Shown in pieces: positions 9,992 to 20,411 of a stretch of 63,162 nt of DNA. Position 1 is the stretch's first letter. Each line of letters begins with the position of its first letter. The notes beneath the pieces are model-generated. The model worked only from the letters and a program-made list of their open reading frames with translations. It ran no database searches and was not told where the DNA came from. Origin of the DNA: Bacilli bacterium (lineage in GTDB: Bacteria > Bacillota_I > Bacilli_A > RF39 > UBA660); the NCBI GenBank assembly GCA_017536505.1, contig JAFXHG010000038.1, positions 1 to 63,162 on the forward strand, in the 5' to 3' direction. A program made the translations under genes and the position numbers.

Positions 9992-10867
9992 TTACTTATT
10001 TATAAAATTTATTACTTCATCTACAGTATTATTAAAATTGTTAAAATCTACACTAAACCAATTAACTGGTATTTGATGATTATTCCAAGTATACTGTCTT
10101 TTAGCATATCTCCTACTTCTTTGTTTTATTAATTCTATACTTTCTTCTAAAGTACAGTTATTATCAAAATATTCAAATAATTCTTTATATCCTATAGGTG
10201 TTAATACAGCTTTACTTCTTATATTACTATCATATATTTGTTTAGCTTCTTCGAGTAGTCCATTTTCAAGCATTATATCTACTCTTTTGTTTATTCTATC
10301 ATAAAGAATTTCTCTATCTGTAGTAAGACCTATAAATACTACATCGTATAAAAGTTTATCTGTTTTTTCTTTACTACTTAAAGCAGTATTATTATTATAA
10401 TAAAAATTTAATGCTCTAATAACTCTTTTTCTGTTGTTCATATGTATTTCAGTATTAGGATCAACATTTAATAGTTTATTATATAAATCTTCATTAGAAT
10501 ATTTATCAAAAGATTCTATATTATTTTCTTCTTCAAATTTATAATCATATAAAGCAGCTTTTATATATAATCCTGTACCACCCACTAATATAGGAGTTTT
10601 ACCTTTTTCTTCTATTTCTTTTATTTTTAACCTACAATCTTTTTGGTAATCAAATACAGTATAATCTTCATTAATATCTTTTATATCAAATAAGTGATGT
10701 ATTATCCCTTCTTTTTCTTCTTCTGTTACTTTAGCAGTAGCTATATCCATTCCTTTATATACTTGAGTACTATCTGCATTTATAATTTCACCATTTAATT
10801 TTTTAGCTAGTTCTATACTTAATTTTGTCTTACCTACTCCTGTAGGTCCAACTATGCATATAACCAT
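9992..10867 (-). CDS. miaA: tRNA dimethylallyltransferase
   Basis: GPTGVGKT, DSTQVY, GGTGLY, YAKRQYTW. Confidence 0.97.
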   Translation of the reverse strand: MVICIVGPTGVGKTKLSIELAKKLNGEIINADSTQVYKGMDIATAKVTEEEKEGIIHHLFDIKDINEDYTVFDYQKDCRLKIKEIEEKGKTPILVGGTGLYIKAALYDYKFEEENNIESFDKYSNEDLYNKLLNVDPNTEIHMNNRKRVIRALNFYYNNNTALSSKEKTDKLLYDVVFIGLTTDREILYDRINKRVDIMLENGLLEEAKQIYDSNIRSKAVLTPIGYKELFEYFDNNCTLEESIELIKQRSRRYAKRQYTWNNHQIPVNWFSVDFNNFNNTVDEVINFINK

Positions 10868-10870
10868 AAA

Positions 10871-11539
10871 TCACCTTCTAACAATTTTATCCATATCATC
10901 TAATGTTTTAATATCTTCTTTATATTCTCTATCTATTCTTTCTTTTAATTTTATTATCATTTCACTAGGCTTTATTGGTGAATACATATATTCACGAACC
11001 TTATCTGTGATTAATTTTGTGTGCTGATAATCAAATTTATCTAATTTTTCAAGAAATAATTTACCTATTAATATTCTGTGATAAGACTGATTTCTTCTTT
11101 TTATTTCTTCTATATCTGTACCTACTCCATATTCATCATGATCAATAGCACTATATTTTTTCCCATCATACATTAAATTTCTAGGATGAAAATCATATAA
11201 AGTAATACCTCCAGATGAAACAAAATCTATATTTTTTTCTAATTTCAATGAATGAGTTGATAATTGTAATAAATTACTTTTAGAAAACACTCTATCTAAA
11301 GTTTCTCCAGAAGCATATTTAGTAATATATCCATAAAATTTTTTAGAATCAAATATAAAATCATGAGGAAACATAAAACTATCATTTTCATAATATAAAA
11401 AATGTTCAAATCTATCAATTTCATATAACCCCCTAGGATTATTAAAAATTTTTACTACATTTCCATCCTCAAGTAAATAACATCTACCTGTAGTTCCTTT
11501 ATCAATAAACTGTTTTTTCCCTATCTCTTTTAAATCCAT
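10871..11539 (-). CDS. Protein-kinase-like fold protein
   Basis: Gly-rich loop KGTTGRCY, VVK lysine, catalytic-loop-like DFHPRNLM, IDHD at the DFG position. Confidence 0.6.
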   Translation of the reverse strand: MDLKEIGKKQFIDKGTTGRCYLLEDGNVVKIFNNPRGLYEIDRFEHFLYYENDSFMFPHDFIFDSKKFYGYITKYASGETLDRVFSKSNLLQLSTHSLKLEKNIDFVSSGGITLYDFHPRNLMYDGKKYSAIDHDEYGVGTDIEEIKRRNQSYHRILIGKLFLEKLDKFDYQHTKLITDKVREYMYSPIKPSEMIIKLKERIDREYKEDIKTLDDMDKIVRR

Positions 11540-11545
11540 AATTAC

Positions 11546-12568
11546 CTACTTTATAAACATACTATCCCCAAACGAGAAAAACCTATATTCATTTTTAACA
11601 GCTTCTGAGTATGCATTCATTATATTATCTTTACCAGCTAAAGCACTTACTAACATTATTAAAGTACTTTTAGGTAAATGGAAATTAGTTATTAAAGATG
11701 TAATTGCTTTAAATTTATATCCTGGATATATAAATATATCAGTCCATCCACTACATTCTTTAAATTCTCCATATATGTTCATAATAGTTTCTAAAGTTCT
11801 TGTAGAAGTTGTTCCTACACTAATAATTCTATTATTATTTTTTTTAGCATCATTTAATACATCAGCAGTTTCTTTACTCATTTGATAAAACTCACTATGC
11901 ATTTTATGATTTGTAACATCTTCTACACTCACCGGTCTAAATGTACCAAGCCCTACATGAAGAGTTATATACTCTATCTTTATTCCTTTTTCTATTATTT
12001 TTTTCATAAGTTCTTTAGTAAAATGTAACCCAGCTGTAGGAGCAGCTGCACTACCTATATTTTTAGCATACACAGTCTGATATCTATCTTTATCTTTTAA
12101 TTTTTCATGTATATAAGGTGGTAATGGCATTTCACCTAATTCATCTAATATTTCATAAAATATTCCTGAATAGATAAATTTAAATATCCTAATACCTTCT
12201 TCACCTAAACCTATACATTCAGCTTTTAATTTATCAGAAAACTTAACTACAGTACCTATCTTTATTCTTTTTGCTGGCTTACTCAAAACTTCCCAAACAT
12301 CTTTTTCTATTTCTTTTAACATTAAAAGTTCTATAACAGCTCCAGTATCCTCTTTTGTACCTAAAATACGAGCAGGCATTACCTTAGTATCATTTAACAC
12401 AAGAACATCACCTTTATTTAAATAATCTATTATATTTGAAAAAGATTGATGTGTTATTTCTCCAGTTTCTTTATCCAGAATAAGTAATCTAGATGAATCT
12501 CTTTTTTCAAGTGGTGTTTGCGCGATTAAATTCTCCGGTAAATAAAAATCAAAATCATCAGTTTTCAT
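11546..12568 (-). CDS. queA: S-adenosylmethionine:tRNA ribosyltransferase-isomerase
   Basis: [39 protein letters not shown]. Confidence 0.97.
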   Translation of the reverse strand: MKTDDFDFYLPENLIAQTPLEKRDSSRLLILDKETGEITHQSFSNIIDYLNKGDVLVLNDTKVMPARILGTKEDTGAVIELLMLKEIEKDVWEVLSKPAKRIKIGTVVKFSDKLKAECIGLGEEGIRIFKFIYSGIFYEILDELGEMPLPPYIHEKLKDKDRYQTVYAKNIGSAAAPTAGLHFTKELMKKIIEKGIKIEYITLHVGLGTFRPVSVEDVTNHKMHSEFYQMSKETADVLNDAKKNNNRIISVGTTSTRTLETIMNIYGEFKECSGWTDIFIYPGYKFKAITSLITNFHLPKSTLIMLVSALAGKDNIMNAYSEAVKNEYRFFSFGDSMFIK

Positions 12569-12624
12569 AAAATCATCTCCACGACGTACCTATTATAACA
12601 CAAAAATAAAATAATCAAAATTGA

Positions 12625-12801
12625 TTATTTCATTTTTAATTCTTTTTCTTTTCTTTCTCTAATAGCTTGAGCTAATTCATGTCTTATTCTAGCTCTATTT
12701 TCCTTATATTCTTCGTATTTTTTTAATCTTTCTTTTGGAGAATTCATCATATATTCAAAGTGCAAATCAAATAATGCTTTTTTAGCTTCTTCTTCTGTCA
12801 T
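12625..12801 (-). CDS. Small hypothetical protein (58 aa)
   Basis: MTEEEAKKALFDLHFEYMM...RERKEKELKMK; GGGG RBS; below the ORF-track cutoff. Confidence 0.6.
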   Translation of the reverse strand: MTEEEAKKALFDLHFEYMMNSPKERLKKYEEYKENRARIRHELAQAIRERKEKELKMK

Positions 12802-12812
12802 AATAAATCCCC

Positions 12813-13511
12813 CTATCTTTTTAAAAATTTTTCTACTATTCTAAATATCTCTTCCTTGTTATCATCTCTAAATATATCATGTGTTACATCATTTAAAAGT
12901 ATTAATTTTTTTGATTTTGATTTTAGATTACTATAAACATATTGAGAAGATGTTATTGGTACTAAAATATCATTTTTACCTTGTAATATCAAAACTTTGC
13001 AAGTTACATATTTAGGATAATCATAATAATCTTTTACAAGTTTCATAAATTCTTTTATAACACTTACATTAAATTTTAACATTCTAGCAATTATTTCATC
13101 ACTACCATAATCTTTAATTATTTTAGGTGCAATCTTTAATGATTTACCTACATTTAAATCATCTTTTATTACATTCAAATAATGAAAAGCAGGAGCTGCT
13201 AAAACAAGTTTTTTTATCTCTTTATATTTTGAAGCAAGATATGTAGCAATTACTCCACCCATACTATGCCCAATTAAATAAATTCTATTATAACCATTTC
13301 TTATTAACCACTCTATTTTATCTTCACTAGCACTTATCCACTCTTGTCTTTCAATTTTACTTAAATTTTTTTCATGTCCTGGAAGAGTATATTGAAATAC
13401 ATCAAATTCCCTATTCAATTCTAGATAGTTTGCTAGTTGTTCTTCTTCGTAAGTTCCTCCAGCAAAACCATGAATAATTAATACTGCTTTTTTAAACATA
13501 TCCATCACCAT
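12813..13511 (-). CDS. Alpha/beta hydrolase (carboxylesterase)
   Basis: IHGFAG oxyanion loop, GHSMGG nucleophile, D..VP and late His. Confidence 0.9.
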   Translation of the reverse strand: MVMDMFKKAVLIIHGFAGGTYEEEQLANYLELNREFDVFQYTLPGHEKNLSKIERQEWISASEDKIEWLIRNGYNRIYLIGHSMGGVIATYLASKYKEIKKLVLAAPAFHYLNVIKDDLNVGKSLKIAPKIIKDYGSDEIIARMLKFNVSVIKEFMKLVKDYYDYPKYVTCKVLILQGKNDILVPITSSQYVYSNLKSKSKKLILLNDVTHDIFRDDNKEEIFRIVEKFLKR

Positions 13512-13557
13512 TATATATCCTATTTAAATTATAACATTCTAAAACTACCAAGTAAAG

Positions 13558-13585
13558 AAAAAAAGTTGTTTTTAAACAACTTTTT
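13558..13585 (-). terminator. Intrinsic terminator after greA
   Basis: AAAAAGTTGTTT-TT-AAACAACTTTTT inverted repeat. Confidence 0.6.
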
Positions 13586-14054
13586 AATTTATAGCCAAAA
13601 TTTTAACATCATATTTGCCATTTGGGCTTTCTACAGAAACAACACTTCCTACTTTTAATCCCATAATAGCCTTAGCAATTGGAGATTCATTAGATATTTT
13701 ATTTAAGAAAGGATCTGCTTCACTACTACCTACTATAGAATATTCTTCCTCTTCTTCATCATCAACATATTCTAAAGTAACTTTAGTACCAATAGATACT
13801 ACATCTGTATTAACTTTAGTAATAATAACAGCTTTCTCAATCATAGCTTCTAATTCTCTTATTCTAGCTTCTACAATTGCTTGATCATTTCTAGCTGCAT
13901 CATATTCAGCATTTTCGCTTAAATCTCCTTGAGCTCTAGCATCTTTTAATGCATTTATAACTTCTGGACGTCTAACTTGTATTAGTTCATCCAATTCTTT
14001 CTTTAATTCATCTAAACCTTCTTGTGTTAAAAACAATTCTTTTTGTTCTGACAT
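13584..14054 (-). CDS. greA: Transcription elongation factor GreA
   Basis: ARAQGDLSENAEYDAA, ISNESPIAKA; likely start MSEQKE after GAGGTGA. Confidence 0.97.
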   Translation of the reverse strand: MSEQKELFLTQEGLDELKKELDELIQVRRPEVINALKDARAQGDLSENAEYDAARNDQAIVEARIRELEAMIEKAVIITKVNTDVVSIGTKVTLEYVDDEEEEEYSIVGSSEADPFLNKISNESPIAKAIMGLKVGSVVSVESPNGKYDVKILAIN

Positions 14055-14129
14055 AATGTTCACCTCATTCTTATTTTTTGCAAACAACCAAATGATACTA
14101 TATATTTTATGTTTTGTCAACCATTTTCT

Positions 14130-15329
14130 TTAATATTTCACTCTTATCATATCATCGATATGAACAGTATCATTTATCTTAATTTTTACTACTTGCCTTG
14201 GATGTCTAACTATTTCTATTTCACTATTATTTTCATCAATTATTTTATCTATTTTTTTAGTAATTATATTATGTTTAGGTCCAAATATTTCTACAATATC
14301 TCCCTTTTTAAAATAATTTCTTTGTTCTATAGTAGCTATTTTAGTTTCTTTATCATAATCAAGAATTATACCTAAAAAATCTTGATTAGAAATTTCTTCT
14401 CTACCATTATAATAGCTACAAGTAGAATCATATACTTCATTGAAAAATTGTGGGACAGAATCCCTATTAGCACATCTTCTTAATGTAGTTTCATACTCTT
14501 TATTATATGTATATTTATCTTTTTGTTGATAGTATTCATCAATAACTTTTCTATATATTGATATTACTGTAGCAATATAATAAATACTTCTCATTCTTCC
14601 TTCTATTTTAAATGAACTAATTCCCATATCGATCATATCAGGAATAAATTTTAGCATAGATAAATCTTTTGAACAAAATGTAAATGGTTTCTCTCCTTTT
14701 ATTTCTTTCTTTTCTTCATCTAATAAATCAAAGTCCCATCTACATATTTGACTACATCCACCACGATTAGCATCCCTGTTTGTTAAAAAATTAGACATAA
14801 CACATCTTCCACTATATCCAGCACACATAGCACCATGTATAAAAGTTTCTATTTCTATATCTACGTTATTTATTATTTCTTCTATTTCTTTTTTAGTACA
14901 CTCTCTGCCTAAAACTATTCTAGATACTCCTTGTTGTTTCCAAAATTTGCATGCTTCTATATTAAGAGTACTAGCCTGTGTAGATAAATGAACTTCTAAA
15001 TTTGTTTTTTCTAATGCTTCTTTTACTATAGTAGGATCACTCACTATAATTGCATCCACATTACACTTTTCTAGATTTTTTAAATACTTATCAAGTTCTT
15101 CTAATTCTTCATTATGAAGAACAATATTTACAGTAACATAAACCTTTTTATTTAAAGAATGAGCAAACTCTACACCTTCTTTAATTTGATCTATTGTAAA
15201 GTTAATTGCATTAGCTCTTAAATTTAATAAAGGTCCACCTATATATACTGCATCCGCACCATATTTTAATGCTATTTTCAATCTTTCTAAATCCCCTGCA
15301 GGTGCTAATAACTCCGGTTTATTTTTCAT
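14130..15329 (-). CDS. U32 family protein (TrhP/YrrO-like tRNA hydroxylase subunit)
   Basis: PELLAPAG, HGAMCAGYSGRC, NRGGCSQICR, KIEGRMRS. Confidence 0.93.
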   Translation of the reverse strand: MKNKPELLAPAGDLERLKIALKYGADAVYIGGPLLNLRANAINFTIDQIKEGVEFAHSLNKKVYVTVNIVLHNEELEELDKYLKNLEKCNVDAIIVSDPTIVKEALEKTNLEVHLSTQASTLNIEACKFWKQQGVSRIVLGRECTKKEIEEIINNVDIEIETFIHGAMCAGYSGRCVMSNFLTNRDANRGGCSQICRWDFDLLDEEKKEIKGEKPFTFCSKDLSMLKFIPDMIDMGISSFKIEGRMRSIYYIATVISIYRKVIDEYYQQKDKYTYNKEYETTLRRCANRDSVPQFFNEVYDSTCSYYNGREEISNQDFLGIILDYDKETKIATIEQRNYFKKGDIVEIFGPKHNIITKKIDKIIDENNSEIEIVRHPRQVVKIKINDTVHIDDMIRVKY

Positions 15330-16179
15330 TTTTCTTCACCCTATATATAGTTTTTGTATTTAAAAATCCATAATCTACATTAGTAAACATATTATTTATC
15401 TTTTCATTATATTTATCTATATTATCTTTATCAGCAGTCTTAAATAAATTTATTACATCTATAAACTTATCTAATTTTATATTAAAACTATTTAATATAA
15501 TATATTCTACATCAATATTTAAACTTGTTCTTATACCATTTAAGATATTATTTGAATAAACTTGTGTTCCTATACTATTATCTATTATAGGATAAGTTTT
15601 ATTTTCTTTATACATATAATTTATATTACTATTATCATTTAAGTTAAAATATTCTAAATAATTCTTAATAATATGTCTTTTTGATACAAACATAGGTAAA
15701 TACCCAAATAAATTAACCATTAATTTGGCATTACTTTTTTCAGTTATCTTTATTATTTCTTCTTCAGTTATATCACTTGATATATGAGCATAATTTACTC
15801 CAAATGAGTGCCAATAATTAATTGTGTTATAATTTGTTGAAAGGTGTTCTTGAGACCAAACTAAATCATAATTTAAACCTAAACTATTGTATATATTTAA
15901 TACTCCAACATCATAATATAATACACCTTTTATATTATATTTATTTAATTCTATTAGTATGTTTTTTACTACTTCCAAATCTTTATTATGCATATTTTTA
16001 TTTAAACATATAAAAATATCTTTGTCATTTATTGTATTCAATATATCTAAATTATTAATATCTATACAATAATTTGTATTTACACACATACCTTTTATTC
16101 CTATTATAAAACCATCTACTAAGTTTATTGTTTTTTCTATTTCAACTAAATTAGATGGCATAGTCAATATTTTTGACAT
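15319..16179 (-). CDS. U32 family partner protein (YrrN-like)
   Basis: Paired upstream of the U32 gene as in Bacillus yrrN-yrrO; FVSKRHII and GFLN.KTIY. Confidence 0.8.
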   Translation of the reverse strand: MSKILTMPSNLVEIEKTINLVDGFIIGIKGMCVNTNYCIDINNLDILNTINDKDIFICLNKNMHNKDLEVVKNILIELNKYNIKGVLYYDVGVLNIYNSLGLNYDLVWSQEHLSTNYNTINYWHSFGVNYAHISSDITEEEIIKITEKSNAKLMVNLFGYLPMFVSKRHIIKNYLEYFNLNDNSNINYMYKENKTYPIIDNSIGTQVYSNNILNGIRTSLNIDVEYIILNSFNIKLDKFIDVINLFKTADKDNIDKYNEKINNMFTNVDYGFLNTKTIYRVKKNEK

Positions 16180-16265
16180 ATTATCACCACACATACAAAA
16201 AAGACGTCTTATTCAAGACGCCTTAATATTATCATATATAATAGTTTTTGTCAAACAATTAAATA

Positions 16266-17396
16266 TTAATTTTTTACTTGAGTAGCATTACAAGCCACTC
16301 TCACATATGTTCTTTCTTCACCATTCCAATAATAACAAGCCTGGCCTGCTTTCCAAATTGTTTGTGAAACTGTAGAACCATCACTTTTTTGTACATTAAT
16401 ATCTTTATTAGAATCGACTAGTTCAATACAAACTCCACCTGATTTAATAGATTTAGGTTGATATCCATTTGAAAAATATTTTCCATTACAAGATGTTTGA
16501 TAATCATTAAGTTCTAAATCGTTAGAATCAGAATCACTAGCACTGCAAAAATCTGGAATTCCAGTTGTTAAAGGTGTACACATATCTATTCCTCCAACAA
16601 CTGTTTTATAATAAGTGCTTTTTTCACATTTATTATTTAAGAAACAATCTAAACAATTAGTAAAATTGTTATAATCCGTTTCATCATCAGCTACAATAGA
16701 TACTATAAATTGTACTATAGAAACAACAAAGAATACAAGTGCTGCAGCTATAATCTTTTTAATCAATGACGATTGTGCTTTTTTCATTTCATCTTCTTTT
16801 CCAGCAGACATCGCTTTTAAAAGAGTTATTAAACTTGTAAATATTAATATTAATGGTGTAGCTATTTTTAATAAATTAACCGCCATACTGATTATAGCAG
16901 GACCTTGCATTGGTATGTCACTAGCTCCTCCACAACCAACATACAACAAATTATCTACATTACAAAATCCTCCATTAGGCGCTGCATCATTATTTTCCCA
17001 AACACAAGCCACCTTTCCATTTGAACCAGAAAGTCTACAAGTCGTTTCTGTTTTATAATTATAGCACTGACTTGAACCAAGATTAGCTTCAAGTTTACTT
17101 GTTAAAGTTAAAGTTCCTTTTCCCTCTACATTAATTTCTGATTTACAATTTTTATCATCAGTAACTGCATCTTTAAACCAATCCTTATATACATTAGTAA
17201 CATCTTTTAACTGAACAGTGTCATTACTTTTATATACCTTATTTATTACAGTTACATCACCATTAATAGCATACTCAACTTCGTAAGTGTCATGCCCTAC
17301 AGCATATTTACAGGTTAATTTTGTTGCAGCATTTACTATATTAACAGCTAAAAAACATACTAACAAAGTAAATATTAATAATCTTATTTTTTTCAT
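16266..17396 (-). CDS. Secreted Cys-rich protein with an internal VirB2/TrbC-like pilin domain
   Basis: Signal peptide; two-TM hairpin with KAMSAGKEDEMKKAQSSLIKKII loop and CLDCF, shared with the pilins at 40-43 kb. Confidence 0.75.
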   Translation of the reverse strand: MKKIRLLIFTLLVCFLAVNIVNAATKLTCKYAVGHDTYEVEYAINGDVTVINKVYKSNDTVQLKDVTNVYKDWFKDAVTDDKNCKSEINVEGKGTLTLTSKLEANLGSSQCYNYKTETTCRLSGSNGKVACVWENNDAAPNGGFCNVDNLLYVGCGGASDIPMQGPAIISMAVNLLKIATPLILIFTSLITLLKAMSAGKEDEMKKAQSSLIKKIIAAALVFFVVSIVQFIVSIVADDETDYNNFTNCLDCFLNNKCEKSTYYKTVVGGIDMCTPLTTGIPDFCSASDSDSNDLELNDYQTSCNGKYFSNGYQPKSIKSGGVCIELVDSNKDINVQKSDGSTVSQTIWKAGQACYYWNGEERTYVRVACNATQVKN

Positions 17397-17956
17397 ATAA
17401 TTTCTCCTATATCTCCATTTTTTATTAGATGAGCATTGGCATCATCTGTATCTATGTGTAATTCGAAAAATGCTTTATCACTTACCTTAAGATGTACATT
17501 ATTTATTATTCCACCTTTTTCACCATTTATTTTAACACTCACCATATCTCTACCTTCAAGTCCATACATACTAACTTGATTAGGAAGTATATGTATATGT
17601 CTTGATGGAATAATACAACCTTCTTCTATTTCTACAACTCCATTAGGTCCTATTATAGTTATTCCAATACTACCTTCTAAATCACCAGAATCCCTAACTG
17701 GTGGATTAATACCTAATTTATATGCATCAGTTTTACTAATTTCCACTTGAGTATAAGATCTAAGTGGACCTAATACTCTAACATTGTCTATTTGTGATTT
17801 AGTAGTTTTTATAGTAACTAAAGAAGTAGATGCAAATTGCAATGGTTGAGTTAAATCATTCTTCTTTTCTAATTTAAAATCATTACCAAATAAAATTTTT
17901 AAATGTTCTTCAGTTAAATGAACATGTCTATTTGATACTCCTATACTAACTTTCAT
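17393..17956 (-). CDS. pduL: Phosphate propanoyl/acyltransferase PduL
   Basis: VSNRHVHL, QVEISKTD, RHIH, HIDTDDANA. Confidence 0.93.
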   Translation of the reverse strand: MKVSIGVSNRHVHLTEEHLKILFGNDFKLEKKNDLTQPLQFASTSLVTIKTTKSQIDNVRVLGPLRSYTQVEISKTDAYKLGINPPVRDSGDLEGSIGITIIGPNGVVEIEEGCIIPSRHIHILPNQVSMYGLEGRDMVSVKINGEKGGIINNVHLKVSDKAFFELHIDTDDANAHLIKNGDIGEII

Positions 17957-17977
17957 ATTCTCACCAAAATTATTATA

Positions 17978-18006
17978 GCATATTTTCTTAAATTTTAAAA
18001 TATATT
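17978..18006 (+). promoter_or_regulatory. Putative sigma-E promoter of gerQ
   Basis: GCATA-N16-AATATATT resembles ATA-N16-18-CATAcanT; gerQ is sigma-E controlled in Bacillus. Confidence 0.4.
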
Positions 18007-18025
18007 TTAAAGAAAGGATGATTTT

Positions 18026-18400
18026 ATGAATAATAATTATTTGAATAACAATTCTAATTTTCCTGGAACACCAATATATTCAGGAAATATAGCTACACCT
18101 AATCAAAGTATGACAAATACTTCTATGAATGAATATATACCAGATGAACAATCGTATATTGAAAATATTCTAAGAGTTAATAAAGGAAAAAGAGTATCCG
18201 TTTATCAATCTTTTGCAGATGCAGGTGAATGGAAGGATAGAATATTCACTGGAATTATAGAACAATCAGGTAGAGATCATATTATTTTAAGCGATCCAAA
18301 TACAGGTAATTGGTATTTACTTTTAATGATTTATGTTAATTTTATAAAGTTTGATGAAGAAATAAATACTGTAGAACAATTTTATCCACAAAAAGGATAA
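18026..18400 (+). CDS. gerQ: Spore coat protein GerQ
   Basis: EQSYIENILRVNKGK...GIIEQSGRDHIILSDP.TG.WYLLLMIY. Confidence 0.9.
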   Translation: MNNNYLNNNSNFPGTPIYSGNIATPNQSMTNTSMNEYIPDEQSYIENILRVNKGKRVSVYQSFADAGEWKDRIFTGIIEQSGRDHIILSDPNTGNWYLLLMIYVNFIKFDEEINTVEQFYPQKG

Positions 18401-18444
18401 AAACTATTGATTGATTTATTTGGATTTGCTATAATGGTCATAAG

Positions 18445-18996
18445 GTGATAGACATGAACGTAGTAATAGTAACACTATCAATAGTAATTGTTGTTTGCTT
18501 AATTCTAATACTGTTAGTAGCTACATATAATCATTTCCAAGATTATATAATTAGAATAAATGAAGCAGATGAAAATATAGATGCAGTATTAAGAAAAAGA
18601 TTTGATTTGCTTAATAAATCTATAGGTATTATTAAAGCAAATATTGAATCTGAAGAAGAAATTCTAGAAGGAATAGTTAAACTTAGATCAAAAAAATTAT
18701 CTAATTTTGAATTAGATAGAAATTTATATGATGCGATTAATGAATTTCATACTATAAAAGAAAAATATCCTGAATTACAAACAAATGATGAGTTTGTAAG
18801 AATAGATATAAATCTAATGGAATCTGAATCAGAAATAGTAGGACTTAGAAAATATTATAACGATATTATTACTGATTATAATAAATTAGTTAAATCTTGT
18901 CCATCAAACTTTATTGCTATATTAAAAAAATATAAAACTAAAGATTATTTTGATGGCAATAATGTAGATAACGAAAAAGGAACTATAAAATTATAG
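18445..18996 (+). CDS. LemA family protein
   Basis: N-terminal TM, IDAVLRKRFDLL, EKYPEL, RKYYND. Confidence 0.85.
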   Translation: MIDMNVVIVTLSIVIVVCLILILLVATYNHFQDYIIRINEADENIDAVLRKRFDLLNKSIGIIKANIESEEEILEGIVKLRSKKLSNFELDRNLYDAINEFHTIKEKYPELQTNDEFVRIDINLMESESEIVGLRKYYNDIITDYNKLVKSCPSNFIAILKKYKTKDYFDGNNVDNEKGTIKL

Positions 18997-19000
18997 TTCC

Positions 19001-19426
19001 CTATTTTTTTCTCTTTTTCTTTTTACCCTTAGATATTATATAAATAAATATAAATATCATTAATGTACTTAGACCTAATATTATATAATTTTTATTTATT
19101 TCATTAGAGATATCGTCTTCTATTTCTTCTATGTCATCTATTTGAATTATATATTCTCCATCTTTGGAATATAAATAATGTTCTCTTGCATAATTTGCTA
19201 AATAATCTTGATCATTTAATTTTTCTATATCTATTTTAAGTGATTCAGCCTCTTCTTGTAACTCTACATAAAGATTTTCTAAATTTTTCTTCTCACTTGT
19301 CAGATCATAGATAGTATATATATTATATAATAAACTAAATCCAAAATATACTATTGCTATTAAACTAATTGTTCCAAAAATTGTTAGTCTTCTTTTAGAA
19401 GCTTTTGATATTCTTCTTTTAGGCAT
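19001..19426 (-). CDS. divIC: Septum formation initiator DivIC/FtsB
   Basis: TM plus coiled coil plus YLANYAREHYLYSKDGE; yabP-yabQ-divIC order. Confidence 0.85.
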   Translation of the reverse strand: MPKRRISKASKRRLTIFGTISLIAIVYFGFSLLYNIYTIYDLTSEKKNLENLYVELQEEAESLKIDIEKLNDQDYLANYAREHYLYSKDGEYIIQIDDIEEIEDDISNEINKNYIILGLSTLMIFIFIYIISKGKKKKRKK

Positions 19427-19447
19427 ATTATCACCATATAAAGTATA

Positions 19448-19735
19448 TCATTTTTTATTATTATTTGCAATTATCTTTATAAGGACATCATATAATATAA
19501 AACCAACAATAATACTCAATATAGAATAAATATGAAATATAGCATTACCTATTTTATATATTCCAATAAAATAAACAAATGTCATAAATATTATAAATAA
19601 AAATGAAAGTATAATTTCTACAACTGTAGAATATTTTTTTATTATTTTATTAAATCCTTCAAGAGAAGCTGAAAACATAAACCCAAATATAAAAGAAAAA
19701 ACAATTAATTTAAATTGAAGAGATAAAGCTATCAT
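19448..19735 (-). CDS. yabQ: Spore cortex protein YabQ (short)
   Basis: Hydrophobic protein between yabP and divIC; LSLQF...FGF N-terminus. Confidence 0.7.
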   Translation of the reverse strand: MIALSLQFKLIVFSFIFGFMFSASLEGFNKIIKKYSTVVEIILSFLFIIFMTFVYFIGIYKIGNAIFHIYSILSIIVGFILYDVLIKIIANNNKK

Positions 19736-20016
19736 TTAAACAACTTTGAAAATACACTTTCTGTTTTTTCTTGTTTTTTTCCATTTTCTAAATAACTTAA
19801 ATTATCTATTTTTCCTTTTATTGATACATCACCTTGGTAAGTATCTAATTTTATTATTTCTAAACCAGAACCTTTAATCATTAAATAACCCATATTAGTT
19901 TCTAATAGAAATTCTGATTCGTCAAAATTTTCTATTTTTTTTACACCTGTTATATTAATACTTTTCCTTTGACCTATAGTAATATTATGATTACTTGTTA
20001 TTATATCCTTGTCCAT
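19732..20016 (-). CDS. yabP: Sporulation protein YabP
   Basis: ITGVKKIENFD...LETNMGYLMIKG..L; ends FSKLFK. Confidence 0.92.
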   Translation of the reverse strand: MDKDIITSNHNITIGQRKSINITGVKKIENFDESEFLLETNMGYLMIKGSGLEIIKLDTYQGDVSIKGKIDNLSYLENGKKQEKTESVFSKLFK

Positions 20017-20031
20017 TTTATCACCTACTAA

Positions 20032-20059
20032 ATTGTATGAGACAAAAAATTATATATGA
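20032..20059 (-). promoter_or_regulatory. Sigma-E promoter of yabP
   Basis: Minus strand TCATA-N15-CATACAAT with a consensus sigma-E -10; yabP is sigma-E dependent in Bacillus. Confidence 0.7.
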
Positions 20060-20080
20060 AAAAAACTCTTTCGAGTTTTT
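20059..20080 (-). terminator. Terminator after spoVG
   Basis: AAAAACTC-TTTC-GAGTTTTT. Confidence 0.65.
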
Positions 20081-20083
20081 ATT

Positions 20084-20350
20084 TTATTCTTCTTCTTTAT
20101 TATAAGCTTCGAAAATAGCATCCTCAAACATTTTTCTTGTTTCAGCATTAATTGGATGCGCTATATCATGGTATTCACCATCTGCATTTTTTCTACTAGG
20201 CATTGCTATAAATAAACCTTCTTTACCTTCAATAATTCTAATATCACGAATTACAAAGCAATCATCTAGTAATACTGAAGCTATTCCTTTCATTCTTGTA
20301 TCATCATTTTTTTTGTGAACATTGACTGACGTAATTTTCATTTTAAGCAT
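20084..20350 (-). CDS. spoVG: Septation regulator SpoVG
   Basis: IRIIEG..GLFIAMPSRK...YHDIAHPIN. Confidence 0.96.
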   Translation of the reverse strand: MLKMKITSVNVHKKNDDTRMKGIASVLLDDCFVIRDIRIIEGKEGLFIAMPSRKNADGEYHDIAHPINAETRKMFEDAIFEAYNKEEE

Positions 20351-20411
20351 CTCCTTCCGTTATCATATATCACAATTTAAGTATATAATAAATAATTTAA
20401 AATTGCAAGTA

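Noticed and set aside
17393-17956. pduL as a sign of a bacterial microcompartment
   Set aside because: No shell or other pdu/eut genes nearby; stand-alone PduL commonly substitutes for Pta
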